56,322 nt of DNA from a virus. Taxonomy: Duplodnaviria; Caudoviricetes. Positions 31,969-41,797 of the stretch are shown here, piece after piece (the first letter of the stretch is position 1; each line of letters starts with the position of its first letter). The stretch covers positions 1-56,322 of IMG/VR virus record IMGVR_UViG_3300051212_000212. One strand, 5' to 3'. The notes beneath the pieces are model-generated. The model ran no database searches, was not told the origin of the DNA, and was given only the letters and a program-made list of their open reading frames with translations. A program made the translations under genes and the position numbers.

Positions 31969-34900
31969 ATGGCATATGAAGATCTCCTAAAAGATACGTC
32001 GCAGTCTTTTGAAGACGGAAACTATTTTATAGTAACTGTTCCAGACCTAACACCTGGAACTATTTACCCTTTAGAGTTTAGATGGAAATATAAAGACGGA
32101 ACATTTGCTGACTGGGGTTGTGTAAAAACAATAACTGCAGCACCAGAAACAAGTCCTAAGAAACCAACTTTAACAGCCACATACTTTCAAGGCATAATTA
32201 CAGTTGCTTGGAACGGAAAAGCGTTTGACGCTGCAGCATATTCTGTAGTAGATCGTGTAGAAGTATATCTACAAAATATAAATATCGGAACCTACTTTCC
32301 TGCTGGTTCAATTCAATATAACAATGGAGTTGGCGGAACTTTAAGCATACCAGTAGAGCCAGGGACATATAAGGTAAGGGGAAGAGCTATATCAAAGGGA
32401 AGCTTAGAGTCTGTATATAGTGATGAGATAACTGTAACAGCTAAGCTAGAGCCTCCAGTAGATGTAACAACAGTAGCCGCAACATGGGCAGCAACAGATT
32501 TTAATATTACATTTACCCACGATCCAGCGGCTGCGGCCAACAAATGGCTTAGCTATTATCTAGTAACTCTAACATCTGGGCTAGACACAAAAACATTTAA
32601 TCTCCTTCCTATAACTGGAACAACACAAAAGTTTTCTATGAGCCTTGCTTCAAATAGAGCAGCATTTGGAATTCCTAAAACATCATTTAGCGGATCAGTA
32701 AGAACAGTAGACATATATGGCAACATGGGAACAGCGATTACATTTGGAAGCATAGCCTATGTAAACTCATTGACCCCACCATCTATCACTGCTACAGAAA
32801 TACAACAAGGTTATAGTATTGCTTACACAACTCCAACTAGTTCTTCTTATGATCATATAGAAATAGAAGAAGTTGAGTCTAACGCTTCAAGCGCACCATC
32901 TTCAGGATATTCAGTAATATTTTCTGGTGTAGCTAACCCAGCGCCAATAATTAGACCTAATCAAAATAAGAGATGGGTTAGGGCAAGGTTTGCAGATAAT
33001 ATAGGTTCATTTAGCGCATACAGCACAGCTATTGCGGCAACACCATTATCTCCAATAACAGCAGACACTACACCACCAGCAGCTCCAGCGACAGGATCGG
33101 TAACGGCAGGAGTAGATAACTCTACGGGGGCTACGGTTGGATTTAATGCTTACTTGAACATTTCATGGAACGCAGTATCTGACACATCATTGCGTGGATA
33201 TAGAATTAGATTTAGAGAAAACGGAACAACCAACCCATATTCTTATGTTGACTCCCCAGGAACTGGAACATCATTTAGACTAAATGGATTGGCAATTGGA
33301 ACTGTTTATGAAGTAGGAGTTGCTTCTTACGACGAATATAATAATACGAGTTCTGCATACACATCATTAGGAACTGCACAAGCAACTGGAACTCCGTTTA
33401 TTGGAAAAAATGTTACTACACAAGGATACTTTGGAGCATCTGCTACTGGGGATACTGGAACATTTAAATTTGGTTATGGAGTGCAGGATAGCGGCGGAGT
33501 CAAAAGAGGACTAGTATTTAACTCAAGCAACTATTGGTACATAGACTCAGCGCAGTCAGCTTTATTTAAACTTGGCGGAGATACAAATAACTACATTGAA
33601 TGGAATGGTGCTTCTTTTATAGTACAAGGAGACATTCGTGCAAGAGCAGGTAACTTTTCTGGAAACGTACAAATAGCATCTGGAGGATCTCTATATTCAG
33701 GAACTATAGTAAGCAATAATTTATCTGGTGCTGGCTTTATATTAAACAACTCTGGACTAACATTTAACTCGTCTACCGTAAATGGTATTACTACAATTAA
33801 TGGAACAACAGGATTATTCACAACATCTAGCGCAAATATTGGTGGATGGAGCGTAACATCAGGTGCAATATCTAAAACAAGCAGCAGTGGAACAATAACA
33901 TTAAATTCATCAAATGCTCAAATTACTTTAGGAAGCACAAGTTATTCAGCAGGTATAGCAACACCAGATACAGACTCTGCCGCTGATATTGTGTTTTGGG
34001 CTGGTGGCTCAAGAAGCACAGGCGCTAATTTTTATGTAAGAGCAGATGGAACAGTCAAACTAGCGTCAGCAATTATTACTGGGTATGCAACTCAGGCCTC
34101 ATTAGATTCAACAAACACTACAGTCTCAGGAAAGGTATCTGCATCTCAAGTTAAAGATAACTTGGGCGGGACAGGAATAACTACAATTACTGGAGATAAA
34201 GTAAGTACTGGAACTATATCTGGAAACAGTTATTCTTACGATGGAACATTAAATCCATTCTCAAATAACGGAATGGCAATTGATTTAACTAATAATATTA
34301 TTCGTTCTCCTCAATTTGCAATTGTTGGAGGAAACGCATATTTTAAAGGACAGTTATCTGCAGCTTCAGGATCATTCAGCGGATCTGTCACATCAACCAG
34401 TTTTAGTTTAACGGCAGGTAGTGATTTTTGGAATAGCAATGGGTCATTCCAGTTTGGCGGAAGTACTGGTATAACTAAATCTACAACAGGTGCAATATCA
34501 ATAGGATCTAACGTAGTAATAAGTGGAAACCTCACAGCTAATCAAGTAAATACAACAAACTTAACTATAGCCACAGATGGTAGAATATATAACTCTGGAG
34601 GATTTGAAGTAACAGCGGCTGGAGTATTAAAAGCAACAGGGGCAGAGTTTACTGGGTCTATTAAATCTGGTTCAACAATTTCGGGAAGCTCTTTTTCTGG
34701 CGGAAGCCTAAATGTAACTGGTGAAAATTTTAATATTAATTATTCTAACGATGCCGACGGATTGGCTCCAGTAGTAAGCTCAACATCCAATGCATTTGCA
34801 AGTACCTATATCAGACAAAATATTAGTTGTGTGGGATTTAATGCTATAGCATTTACTTCAATACAAACTGCTGGTGTGCTAAGTTCTTGGTATCCATACT

Positions 34901-35478
34901 ATGATGCCGATGTAGATTTAGGCGTAAAACAAAGTGCAACATATGGTGGCCCATATAGATGGAGAAACGCTAGACTTACTGGAAGCCTTATGTTGGGTGG
35001 GGACGGTTCAACAGATACTCCAAGCAATACAGGTGTTGGACCATACACGAGAATTTATGGTGATGGAAGAATATATGCAAATACGCTTGGAACTGCAACC
35101 ACAACAAACTATGTAACACAATCTTCTGGATTCCTTAGAGTAAACACCTCTTCTAGCCAAAGATATAAGCATAATATAGTTGATCTTGATTCAATAGAAG
35201 ATTTTAATCCAAATTCATTATTAAATTTAACAGTAAAAGCATTTAAATTTAAACCAGAATATCTTTCAGAAGAAGATCAAAGATTTGATAAAATGGTTCC
35301 TGGATTTATAGCGGAAGAATTAGAACAGGTATATCCTGTTGCTGTAGATTATAACGACGATGGGCTTCCAGAAAGATGGAACGTAAATATTCTAGTCCCA
35401 GCTATGCTTAAATTAATTCAAAAACAAAATAATGAAATAAATAGCTTGAAAACAAGGCTTGACGTCCTTGAAGGATAA
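31969..35478 (+). CDS. Central tail fibre/spike with Fn3 domains and C-terminal peptidase S74-like chaperone
   Basis: Fn3 motifs ('DTTPPAAP', 'ISWNAVSD...GYRIRFR', 'GL..GTVYEVGVASYD'); 'SSSQRYKHNI...PGFIAEEL...LVPAMLKLIQ'. Confidence 0.8.
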   Translation: MAYEDLLKDTSQSFEDGNYFIVTVPDLTPGTIYPLEFRWKYKDGTFADWGCVKTITAAPETSPKKPTLTATYFQGIITVAWNGKAFDAAAYSVVDRVEVYLQNINIGTYFPAGSIQYNNGVGGTLSIPVEPGTYKVRGRAISKGSLESVYSDEITVTAKLEPPVDVTTVAATWAATDFNITFTHDPAAAANKWLSYYLVTLTSGLDTKTFNLLPITGTTQKFSMSLASNRAAFGIPKTSFSGSVRTVDIYGNMGTAITFGSIAYVNSLTPPSITATEIQQGYSIAYTTPTSSSYDHIEIEEVESNASSAPSSGYSVIFSGVANPAPIIRPNQNKRWVRARFADNIGSFSAYSTAIAATPLSPITADTTPPAAPATGSVTAGVDNSTGATVGFNAYLNISWNAVSDTSLRGYRIRFRENGTTNPYSYVDSPGTGTSFRLNGLAIGTVYEVGVASYDEYNNTSSAYTSLGTAQATGTPFIGKNVTTQGYFGASATGDTGTFKFGYGVQDSGGVKRGLVFNSSNYWYIDSAQSALFKLGGDTNNYIEWNGASFIVQGDIRARAGNFSGNVQIASGGSLYSGTIVSNNLSGAGFILNNSGLTFNSSTVNGITTINGTTGLFTTSSANIGGWSVTSGAISKTSSSGTITLNSSNAQITLGSTSYSAGIATPDTDSAADIVFWAGGSRSTGANFYVRADGTVKLASAIITGYATQASLDSTNTTVSGKVSASQVKDNLGGTGITTITGDKVSTGTISGNSYSYDGTLNPFSNNGMAIDLTNNIIRSPQFAIVGGNAYFKGQLSAASGSFSGSVTSTSFSLTAGSDFWNSNGSFQFGGSTGITKSTTGAISIGSNVVISGNLTANQVNTTNLTIATDGRIYNSGGFEVTAAGVLKATGAEFTGSIKSGSTISGSSFSGGSLNVTGENFNINYSNDADGLAPVVSSTSNAFASTYIRQNISCVGFNAIAFTSIQTAGVLSSWYPYYDADVDLGVKQSATYGGPYRWRNARLTGSLMLGGDGSTDTPSNTGVGPYTRIYGDGRIYANTLGTATTTNYVTQSSGFLRVNTSSSQRYKHNIVDLDSIEDFNPNSLLNLTVKAFKFKPEYLSEEDQRFDKMVPGFIAEELEQVYPVAVDYNDDGLPERWNVNILVPAMLKLIQKQNNEINSLKTRLDVLEG

Positions 35479-35509
35479 TGGTATCCTTTAGGTCTATAAA
35501 AGGAGAAAT

Positions 35510-35668
35510 ATGACAGAAAAAGTAGAACTAGTTATAACAGCGCTACAACAGCGCATAGGAGAACTGGTCGCAAATTATGAAACTCAGATTGCAATTCTAC
35601 GTGCAGAAATTACTCAACTTGTTGAGGAAAAGAATGCTCAAGAAGCGCCAAGTAGCGACAATAACTAA
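35510..35668 (+). CDS. Small coiled-coil protein (52 aa)
   Basis: AAGGAG SD; MTEKVELVITALQQRIGELVANYETQIAILRAEITQL. Not in the ORF track. Confidence 0.65.
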   Translation: MTEKVELVITALQQRIGELVANYETQIAILRAEITQLVEEKNAQEAPSSDNN

Positions 35669-36023
35669 TCCTACTTTAATCCCTTCTGGTCTTGCTGTTA
35701 AAACAGATAAGGCTACTTATTGGGTTAAAGATGGTAAACGCTATAAATTAATTTCTGATCGTGCCGTTAAATCTTGGTGCTTTACAACTGTAAAGGCTAC
35801 AGAAGAAGCGGTGGCAGGAATGAAGCTTGTAGGCAAATTGGGCTTCCGTGACGGGACCTTGATAAAGAACATAGCGGATGGTAAAATGTATTTGATATCG
35901 CAGAACAAGAAGCGTCATATAGTTGACCCAGACTCTTTTGATAAGTACGGACTAGACCGTAAATCAGTATTAGAGGTTTCTGAATCAGAGGCTAATATGC
36001 ACGATATAGGAGAAAATTTATAA
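35634..36023 (+). CDS. Hypothetical protein with two internal repeats
   Basis: 'TYWVKDGKRYKLIS' and 'MYLISQNKKRHIVD' repeats; start position uncertain. Confidence 0.6.
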   Translation: MLKKRQVATITNPTLIPSGLAVKTDKATYWVKDGKRYKLISDRAVKSWCFTTVKATEEAVAGMKLVGKLGFRDGTLIKNIADGKMYLISQNKKRHIVDPDSFDKYGLDRKSVLEVSESEANMHDIGENL

Positions 36024-36478
36024 TGGCAGGAATTACAATAAAGCCAGTAGTGTTCCAAGAAGGCGCACCGCTAGACCCAAATGAATTAAATAAACTTGCA
36101 GACAATATTCAGCAAGTATATCAATTGGGTATATCTTTACAGAATGCCACAACAAATGGATCTCAAACTGTGAGACGAGTTGCTATCGTAGACGCAGGCA
36201 GAGTAACAGTTGATTCTTTAAAAGCCAAAACTGTTTTAAAGCTTGATGTTGATTTAACTCCAAATTTATTTGCTGAATTTCTAACAAGCAAGGACACATA
36301 TCCGTACATTACTGCATCTATTCAGTCTTCAGGAGAAGGGTTTTTGGATAATGCTAAAGATATTCAGATAGCAGTAAGCAATACCAAGACTCCTAAAATT
36401 TTGATTAGATCTGAGACAGCAGTTACAACAGAGTTTTATGTAGCATGGACTGCAGTAGCATTTAAGCAGCTAACATAG
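36023..36478 (+). CDS. Hypothetical protein (possible structural)
   Basis: TAATG coupling; last gene of the tail operon. Confidence 0.6.
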   Translation: MAGITIKPVVFQEGAPLDPNELNKLADNIQQVYQLGISLQNATTNGSQTVRRVAIVDAGRVTVDSLKAKTVLKLDVDLTPNLFAEFLTSKDTYPYITASIQSSGEGFLDNAKDIQIAVSNTKTPKILIRSETAVTTEFYVAWTAVAFKQLT

Positions 36479-36479
36479 C

Positions 36480-36507
36480 TTGACAACCCCCAAATATATG
36501 TTACAAT
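36480..36507 (+). promoter_or_regulatory. Strong sigma70-type promoter for the replication module
   Basis: TTGACA-N16-TACAAT with an extended TG. Confidence 0.7.
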
Positions 36508-36520
36508 TTGTTGTAACATC

Positions 36521-36546
36521 AAAGTCACGACCTCGTGACTTTTTTA
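36521..36546 (+). terminator. Terminator-like hairpin
   Basis: AAAGTCACGA-CC-TCGTGACTTT followed by a T run. Confidence 0.6.
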
Positions 36547-36560
36547 GTATAAGGATTTAA

Positions 36561-37361
36561 ATGACAAACGATTTAAAGTGGATGTTATCATCTGACCAGC
36601 AATTCCCGTATCAAGATGATAAAATGATTGAGCTATGGTTTAAGGTAATGAAGTGGTTTAAGCCAGATGTTGTTGATTACCTTGGCGATACAGACGATCA
36701 GGCATGCTACAGCAAATATACAGAAGGACGCTCAGCAGAGTTTTTAAATTTATATAAAACAGATAGTGCAGATTTAATTATTCCAACAATGAGACATGAA
36801 GCAAAGGGTGCAAGAGATTTCTATGCAAAGACCCGTGAGATGCTTCCAGATGCACAATTGTTTTCCGCATTAGGAAATCATGATATCAGAATTTTTAATT
36901 ATGTAGATGCAAAGCTTCCAGATTATATATCAGAAGTTACGCCAGAAGCTTTATGGAACTTAGATTCTCTTGGCTATGAGTATATTTATTATGACTCATT
37001 ACCTAAGCGTAGGTTTGGAGATATCCATGTGCATCATGGGATTTCAATTTCTGCTACTGGATCTGTAAGAAAAGATATGGAAGATATGCAGGTTTCTTTG
37101 ATTCGTGGCCACTCGCACAGAATTGCTTCGCATATGGTTACATATGAATTAAGAAATAATGGCGAAGGCGAAACTCTTCGTGGATATGAAATTGGACATA
37201 TGTGTGATGAAAAAGGTCCAGGCATGAAGTATACTCAGCATCATGATTGGCAAAAGGGATTTGCAATTGCACACATTGTAAATGATTACCCACATATTCA
37301 AATGGTGCATGTTGCCCCTGACTATTCTTGTGTGGTAGATGGGAAGCTATTTAAACTATGA
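36561..37361 (+). CDS. Calcineurin-like metallophosphoesterase
   Basis: 'SDQQ', 'LGD', 'GNHD', 'HHG' and 'GHSHR' motifs. Confidence 0.85.
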   Translation: MTNDLKWMLSSDQQFPYQDDKMIELWFKVMKWFKPDVVDYLGDTDDQACYSKYTEGRSAEFLNLYKTDSADLIIPTMRHEAKGARDFYAKTREMLPDAQLFSALGNHDIRIFNYVDAKLPDYISEVTPEALWNLDSLGYEYIYYDSLPKRRFGDIHVHHGISISATGSVRKDMEDMQVSLIRGHSHRIASHMVTYELRNNGEGETLRGYEIGHMCDEKGPGMKYTQHHDWQKGFAIAHIVNDYPHIQMVHVAPDYSCVVDGKLFKL

Positions 37362-37546
37362 TGTGGTGTCAGCGTTGTAATGGAAGGGTGTTCATCGATA
37401 GAGTGTTCTCTCAAAAACTACACATAGAGCTATTTTGTATTATGTGTGGAAGACGCTGGATGCTCAATAAAGATACGAATAGGTTGGGAAGATGGCTAGA
37501 GGAAAGAGACTCAGAGCACAAAAAAAGTTCTTATATTTCTTCTTAA
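37358..37546 (+). CDS. Zinc-ribbon protein
   Basis: CQRC...CIMC. Confidence 0.7.
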   Translation: MMWCQRCNGRVFIDRVFSQKLHIELFCIMCGRRWMLNKDTNRLGRWLEERDSEHKKSSYISS

Positions 37547-37974
37547 ACGATAAAGTCCATAAAACAATTCGTGTTCACAGGGGAAAAGATGAACTGGTTG
37601 CTTGGTGCTACAAAGACAAGAAGAGAGTTCTATACTCTTATTCTCAAGTAGAAAAGTATGGGCAAATGGCCTATAGCATTAAACAAGCTGGGGAAATTCT
37701 TAATAGGCACAAAGTAACTATTGAAAATTATATTTTAGATGGCAAAATAAAAGAGCCAGAAAAGATATATTCAATTAGTAACCCAGACGGAGGCTGGACA
37801 AAATTTATGCTCAGCGAAAAAGATATAATGGATCTGCATGAATTTCTTTTAGAGGCTGGGTATAGTCACAACCTTCCTACAAAAACTGAGTTACAGGGTC
37901 TTCTCAAACACAATTTAATATTGTATACTAAGACCGATGAAGGTAAGTTCGTACCAGTTTGGAGGGCGGAATAG
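37492..37974 (+). CDS. Helix-turn-helix DNA-binding protein (MerR/excisionase-like)
   Basis: 'AYSIKQAGEILNRHKVTIENYILDGKI'. Confidence 0.65.
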   Translation: MARGKRLRAQKKFLYFFLNDKVHKTIRVHRGKDELVAWCYKDKKRVLYSYSQVEKYGQMAYSIKQAGEILNRHKVTIENYILDGKIKEPEKIYSISNPDGGWTKFMLSEKDIMDLHEFLLEAGYSHNLPTKTELQGLLKHNLILYTKTDEGKFVPVWRAE

Positions 37975-38084
37975 TGGCAGGTAAAGTTGTAATATGTGAT
38001 ATTTGTAAGAAAGAGATTGAAGTTCGTTGGGGAATATTTGCCCACGACACCCTAAGCAGACATAGAAAGGCGGATCATAAATGA
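37974..38084 (+). CDS. 36-aa C2H2-type zinc-binding microprotein
   Basis: GGAGG SD, GTG start, MAGKVVICDICKKEIEVRWGIFAHDTLSRHRKADHK; coupled to both neighbouring genes. Not in the ORF track. Confidence 0.6.
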   Translation: MAGKVVICDICKKEIEVRWGIFAHDTLSRHRKADHK

Positions 38085-38284
38085 GTGAGACTAAAGTCAA
38101 GGTTGACCTTTCATTTACACGCAACTTAGGAAACTATGAAAGTATTAAAATTGGTATAGGCATAGAAGACTTTGTTAGACAAGGTGAAACTGCAGATGCC
38201 GCAACTGAGCGTGTTTATAAATTTGTAGAGGATAAGCTTATTCAAAAAACTCGTGAGGTGGAAGAAGAGTTAAAGCGTGGCTAG
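38081..38284 (+). CDS. Hypothetical protein
   Basis: 'FTRNLGNYESIKI' small phage protein; coupled overlaps with neighbours. Confidence 0.7.
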   Translation: MSETKVKVDLSFTRNLGNYESIKIGIGIEDFVRQGETADAATERVYKFVEDKLIQKTREVEEELKRG

Positions 38285-38594
38285 TGATAAACTTCCTTAT
38301 ATTCTTATTGGCATATACGAATCATTGTATAAAGATAAATACAAGAAAGCTCCACGCATAAACAAATATCGTGAGAAATGGGCTATGCAAGATGTTATTG
38401 ATAGTGTAGGATATGATCGTGCAAAAGAGCTTCTTGAGTATTATTTTAAAACAAGTAAGTCTGGGCATCCGCTGAACTTCTTTTATTATAATTTTGATAA
38501 GATAGACCGCATAAAGCACGACATCGATTTAGATAAAGTAAATCGTGAAAGATTAAGAGAGCAGACAAAGAAGATGGTTGAGGGCGAAGAATGA
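38277..38594 (+). CDS. Hypothetical protein (possible helicase loader/initiator partner)
   Basis: GTG start, directly upstream of the DnaB-like gene. Confidence 0.6.
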   Translation: MASDKLPYILIGIYESLYKDKYKKAPRINKYREKWAMQDVIDSVGYDRAKELLEYYFKTSKSGHPLNFFYYNFDKIDRIKHDIDLDKVNRERLREQTKKMVEGEE

Positions 38595-39844
38595 ATATAG
38601 AAGCAACAGTTATATCTGCTGTATGTCATAATAAAGATATTAGCACCCTGCTTGCAGATAACGTAGATGAATTGTTCACATCTCATAGAGATGTTTGGGA
38701 AAGCCTAAAGTCATACTACTATAAATTTAAGGCAGTTCCAGAAGTGGGAATCATAATGGAGCGCCATAAAGATTTCGAGCCAGTAGAAATTAAAGGTGAG
38801 ACTGGATACTACTTAGACAGACTAAAGAGTGAGTTTATATCTAATAAGCTTAAGTCTATTATTCTTCGTGGCGGGTCAGCCCTAAAAGAAGATGCACCAT
38901 CTAGAGTCCTTGCACAAATGCAAAGTGATTTGGCTAACTTGTCACGGTATACAAATAATGTTAGAGACTTGGATGTTATAGATGTTGAGTCTGCTGCTAG
39001 ACACTTTGAGTCTGTAAAAGATAGATCTGCCTTGATGGGCGGTAGCCCAGGAATTCTGACAGGCTTTAATGCTATAGATAAAGCATATCCTACAGGTATG
39101 GCTCCAGGACATCTTATTGTTGCTATTGGTTGGCCAGGACGTGGTAAGACATGGTTTACATCATACCTTGCTTGCAAAGCTTGGGAGCAGGGCTTCAAGC
39201 CGATGATTGTGTCTCTCGAAATGTCTCCAGAGAATATGCGTGACCGCATTTATACAATGCTTGGATCTGGCTTATTCCGTGCAAGTGATTTGTCTAAGGG
39301 TGATATCAACATTGATGATTTTAGATCATGGGGTAAGAAAAAGTTTGAGGGTAAAAATAGTTTTGTACTGGTATCGAACGAAGGCTCTGCAGAGATAACT
39401 CCTGCTACAGTTCAGGGTAAGATAGATCAGCATAAGCCAGACTTGGTAATCCTAGACTACCATCAGCTATTTAATGATAATAAACGCAGCAACTCAGAAG
39501 TAGAACGAAATAGAAATATTTCTCGTGAGTTTAAACTTCTTGCTGTTTCAAATAATATTCCGATTATCGATATCACCGCTGCAACGGCAGACGATATATC
39601 GGACCAAGATGAACCGCCAATGATGAGTCAGGTAGCATGGTCAAAGGCCATTGAGTATGATGCCGATATGGCTATGGCTATCCATAGATATCCAAATACA
39701 AACATGATTGAAGTGGTTAGCCGAAAGAATCGTCATGGACATGAATTTGATTTCTATCTTGACTGGGATATTAATCGTGGTATCGTAAAAGAGATTTACG
39801 AGAATTTGCCAAACATGAAGAATGACGACACACAAAAGAATTAA
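38591..39844 (+). CDS. dnaB: DnaB-like replicative helicase
   Basis: 'ILTGFNAID', Walker A GWPGRGKT, 'SLEMS', 'VILDY', 'IEYDAD', 'KNRHG'. Confidence 0.92.
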   Translation: MNIEATVISAVCHNKDISTLLADNVDELFTSHRDVWESLKSYYYKFKAVPEVGIIMERHKDFEPVEIKGETGYYLDRLKSEFISNKLKSIILRGGSALKEDAPSRVLAQMQSDLANLSRYTNNVRDLDVIDVESAARHFESVKDRSALMGGSPGILTGFNAIDKAYPTGMAPGHLIVAIGWPGRGKTWFTSYLACKAWEQGFKPMIVSLEMSPENMRDRIYTMLGSGLFRASDLSKGDINIDDFRSWGKKKFEGKNSFVLVSNEGSAEITPATVQGKIDQHKPDLVILDYHQLFNDNKRSNSEVERNRNISREFKLLAVSNNIPIIDITAATADDISDQDEPPMMSQVAWSKAIEYDADMAMAIHRYPNTNMIEVVSRKNRHGHEFDFYLDWDINRGIVKEIYENLPNMKNDDTQKN

Positions 39845-40124
39845 ACGGTTTCAAATAGAGGTGCAGTTCCACGATAACTCGCAACTAATTAGCTTGAGAC
39901 CGCAATATGAAAACCTATTGACTCACGACATGAGGGCAAAAGGTTATGTTAGGGTCCTTGACATAGACCCAGCATTTTCTGTAGAATTTACAGGTGAGAC
40001 TTGGAAGTTCTTGATGAGCATCCATGGTATATATGTGGGAAAGAAGAAGGCATGGCAGTTAGAGGGCATAACACAGGGCAAGCAAGTGCCACGAAGTATG
40101 CGCCAGACCATATCAAGTCTGTAG
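39822..40124 (+). CDS. Hypothetical protein
   Basis: 100-aa ORF between the helicase and primase genes. Confidence 0.6.
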   Translation: MTTHKRIKRFQIEVQFHDNSQLISLRPQYENLLTHDMRAKGYVRVLDIDPAFSVEFTGETWKFLMSIHGIYVGKKKAWQLEGITQGKQVPRSMRQTISSL

Positions 40125-41050
40125 TTAAATCTATTGGCGTACATATTGCTGGTGAAACAAACTCTGAGATATCTTTCTATTGCCCATTTCACAACAACAC
40201 ACACAGCCCTAGTTGTAGCATAAATAAAGAAACTGGAGCATGGATCTGCTTTAACCCTTCATGCGGTGAGTCTGGCTTAATTATAGATATGGTTAAAAAG
40301 GTTTTAAACAAGAATGACTTTGAGGCTATAAGATTTGTATCTTCAAAAGAAAACGAAGTCTTGGATAACTTTGCTGAGACTTTGGCTGACATGATGGCGG
40401 ATAAGCCAGAGTTTGTAGAGTTTCCACAGCAAACCCTAGATAAACTATACAATGAGTTAGGCAGTAGTAACGCAGCACGTGACTATTTCAAATCTCGTGG
40501 TATAAATGAAGATTCAATGCAGCATTTTAAATTAGGGTACTCTGCCAACATGGACATGGTTATTGTTCCTATACATAGCCCAGATGGAACCCCAGTTGGT
40601 TTAGTTGGAAGATCTATATCTGAAAAAAGATTTAAGAACAGCACAAATTTACCACGTAGTAAAACTATGTTTAATATACATAGGGCTAAAAGAATTGGAG
40701 ACCATGTAATTGTCGTAGAGTCCAGCTTTGATGCAATTAGAATACATCAGGCTGGGTTTCCCAATGTAGTGGCTACTTTGGGTGGACATATATCCCCAGA
40801 CAATCTAAAACTACTTAATAGATATTTTAATAAAATAACTATAATGACAGATGCGGATGTGGCTGGAAGAGACCTGGGTCTTCATATTGCGAATAAACTT
40901 CGTAATAAAAACATCTTGTGGGCTTCCCATAGTTATGGTAAGATATACCCACACAACGCAAAAGATGCAGGTGACATGACCGAAGAGGAAATTGTTACAT
41001 GTATTAAAAATGCAGTTTCCGATATCGAATATCGATCTTGGAACCCATGA
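40052..41050 (+). CDS. dnaG: DnaG-like primase (CHC2 zinc finger + TOPRIM)
   Basis: 'CPFHNNTHSPS...CFNPSC', 'VVESSFDA', 'MTDADVAG', 'KDAGD'. Confidence 0.9.
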   Translation: MAVRGHNTGQASATKYAPDHIKSVVKSIGVHIAGETNSEISFYCPFHNNTHSPSCSINKETGAWICFNPSCGESGLIIDMVKKVLNKNDFEAIRFVSSKENEVLDNFAETLADMMADKPEFVEFPQQTLDKLYNELGSSNAARDYFKSRGINEDSMQHFKLGYSANMDMVIVPIHSPDGTPVGLVGRSISEKRFKNSTNLPRSKTMFNIHRAKRIGDHVIVVESSFDAIRIHQAGFPNVVATLGGHISPDNLKLLNRYFNKITIMTDADVAGRDLGLHIANKLRNKNILWASHSYGKIYPHNAKDAGDMTEEEIVTCIKNAVSDIEYRSWNP

Positions 41051-41103
41051 TATAATGAAAGAATAGACGGATCTATACCGTCAAATATATAAGGAGAAAA
41101 ACT

Positions 41104-41775
41104 ATGGGTATAGTAAAGGGTCTAAAAGACCTCAACAAGGCTTTGGATAAGCCAACGTACAGCGATTCTGATTCTACAAAGGGTCGCTGGGTAAAATTAG
41201 AAGATGGTGAAAGCGTCAAGATTCGTTTCTTGCAAGAGCTAGATCCAGATTCACCTAATTATAATGATAAAGCTGGTCTTGGATTTATTGCTGTAGAACA
41301 CACAAATCCAAAAGATTATCGCCGTAAGGCTCTTTGCACAATGGAAGATCAAGGAAAGTGCTGGGGCTGCGAACAACACCGTAAAGATTATAAGGCAGGC
41401 TGGAAAGGCCGTTCACGTCTTTACATTAATGTCCTTGTTGATGATGGCAAGGAAACTCCATATGTTGCAATTCTTTCGCAGGGTTCTAGCGGAAAGACTG
41501 TAACACCTACCCTCATTGAATACGCAGGAGAGATGGGCTCAATTACAAATCTCATGTGGCGTATTAAACGTTCTGGTACAAAAACAGACACCAGTTATAC
41601 AATTATTCCATTAGCAAAAGATGAGACACCTTTCGACTCGTCTTCTCTAGAATTGTATCAACTAGAATCATCTGCAGTAAGGGATTTGCCTTACGTAGAA
41701 CAGGAATCATTCTTCACAGGCGACGGAGCCGAGGAGAAGCAAGAGTCAACTACATCTAGTAGCGTAGACTGGTAA
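41104..41775 (+). CDS. Single-stranded DNA-binding protein (gp32-like)
   Basis: 'VKLEDGESVKIRFL', H/C Zn ligands, 'IKRSGTKTDTSY', acidic tail ending VDW; lies between primase and polymerase. Confidence 0.7.
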   Translation: MGIVKGLKDLNKALDKPTYSDSDSTKGRWVKLEDGESVKIRFLQELDPDSPNYNDKAGLGFIAVEHTNPKDYRRKALCTMEDQGKCWGCEQHRKDYKAGWKGRSRLYINVLVDDGKETPYVAILSQGSSGKTVTPTLIEYAGEMGSITNLMWRIKRSGTKTDTSYTIIPLAKDETPFDSSSLELYQLESSAVRDLPYVEQESFFTGDGAEEKQESTTSSSVDW

Positions 41776-41797
41776 CACAGGGTAAGGCGGAGAGTTA

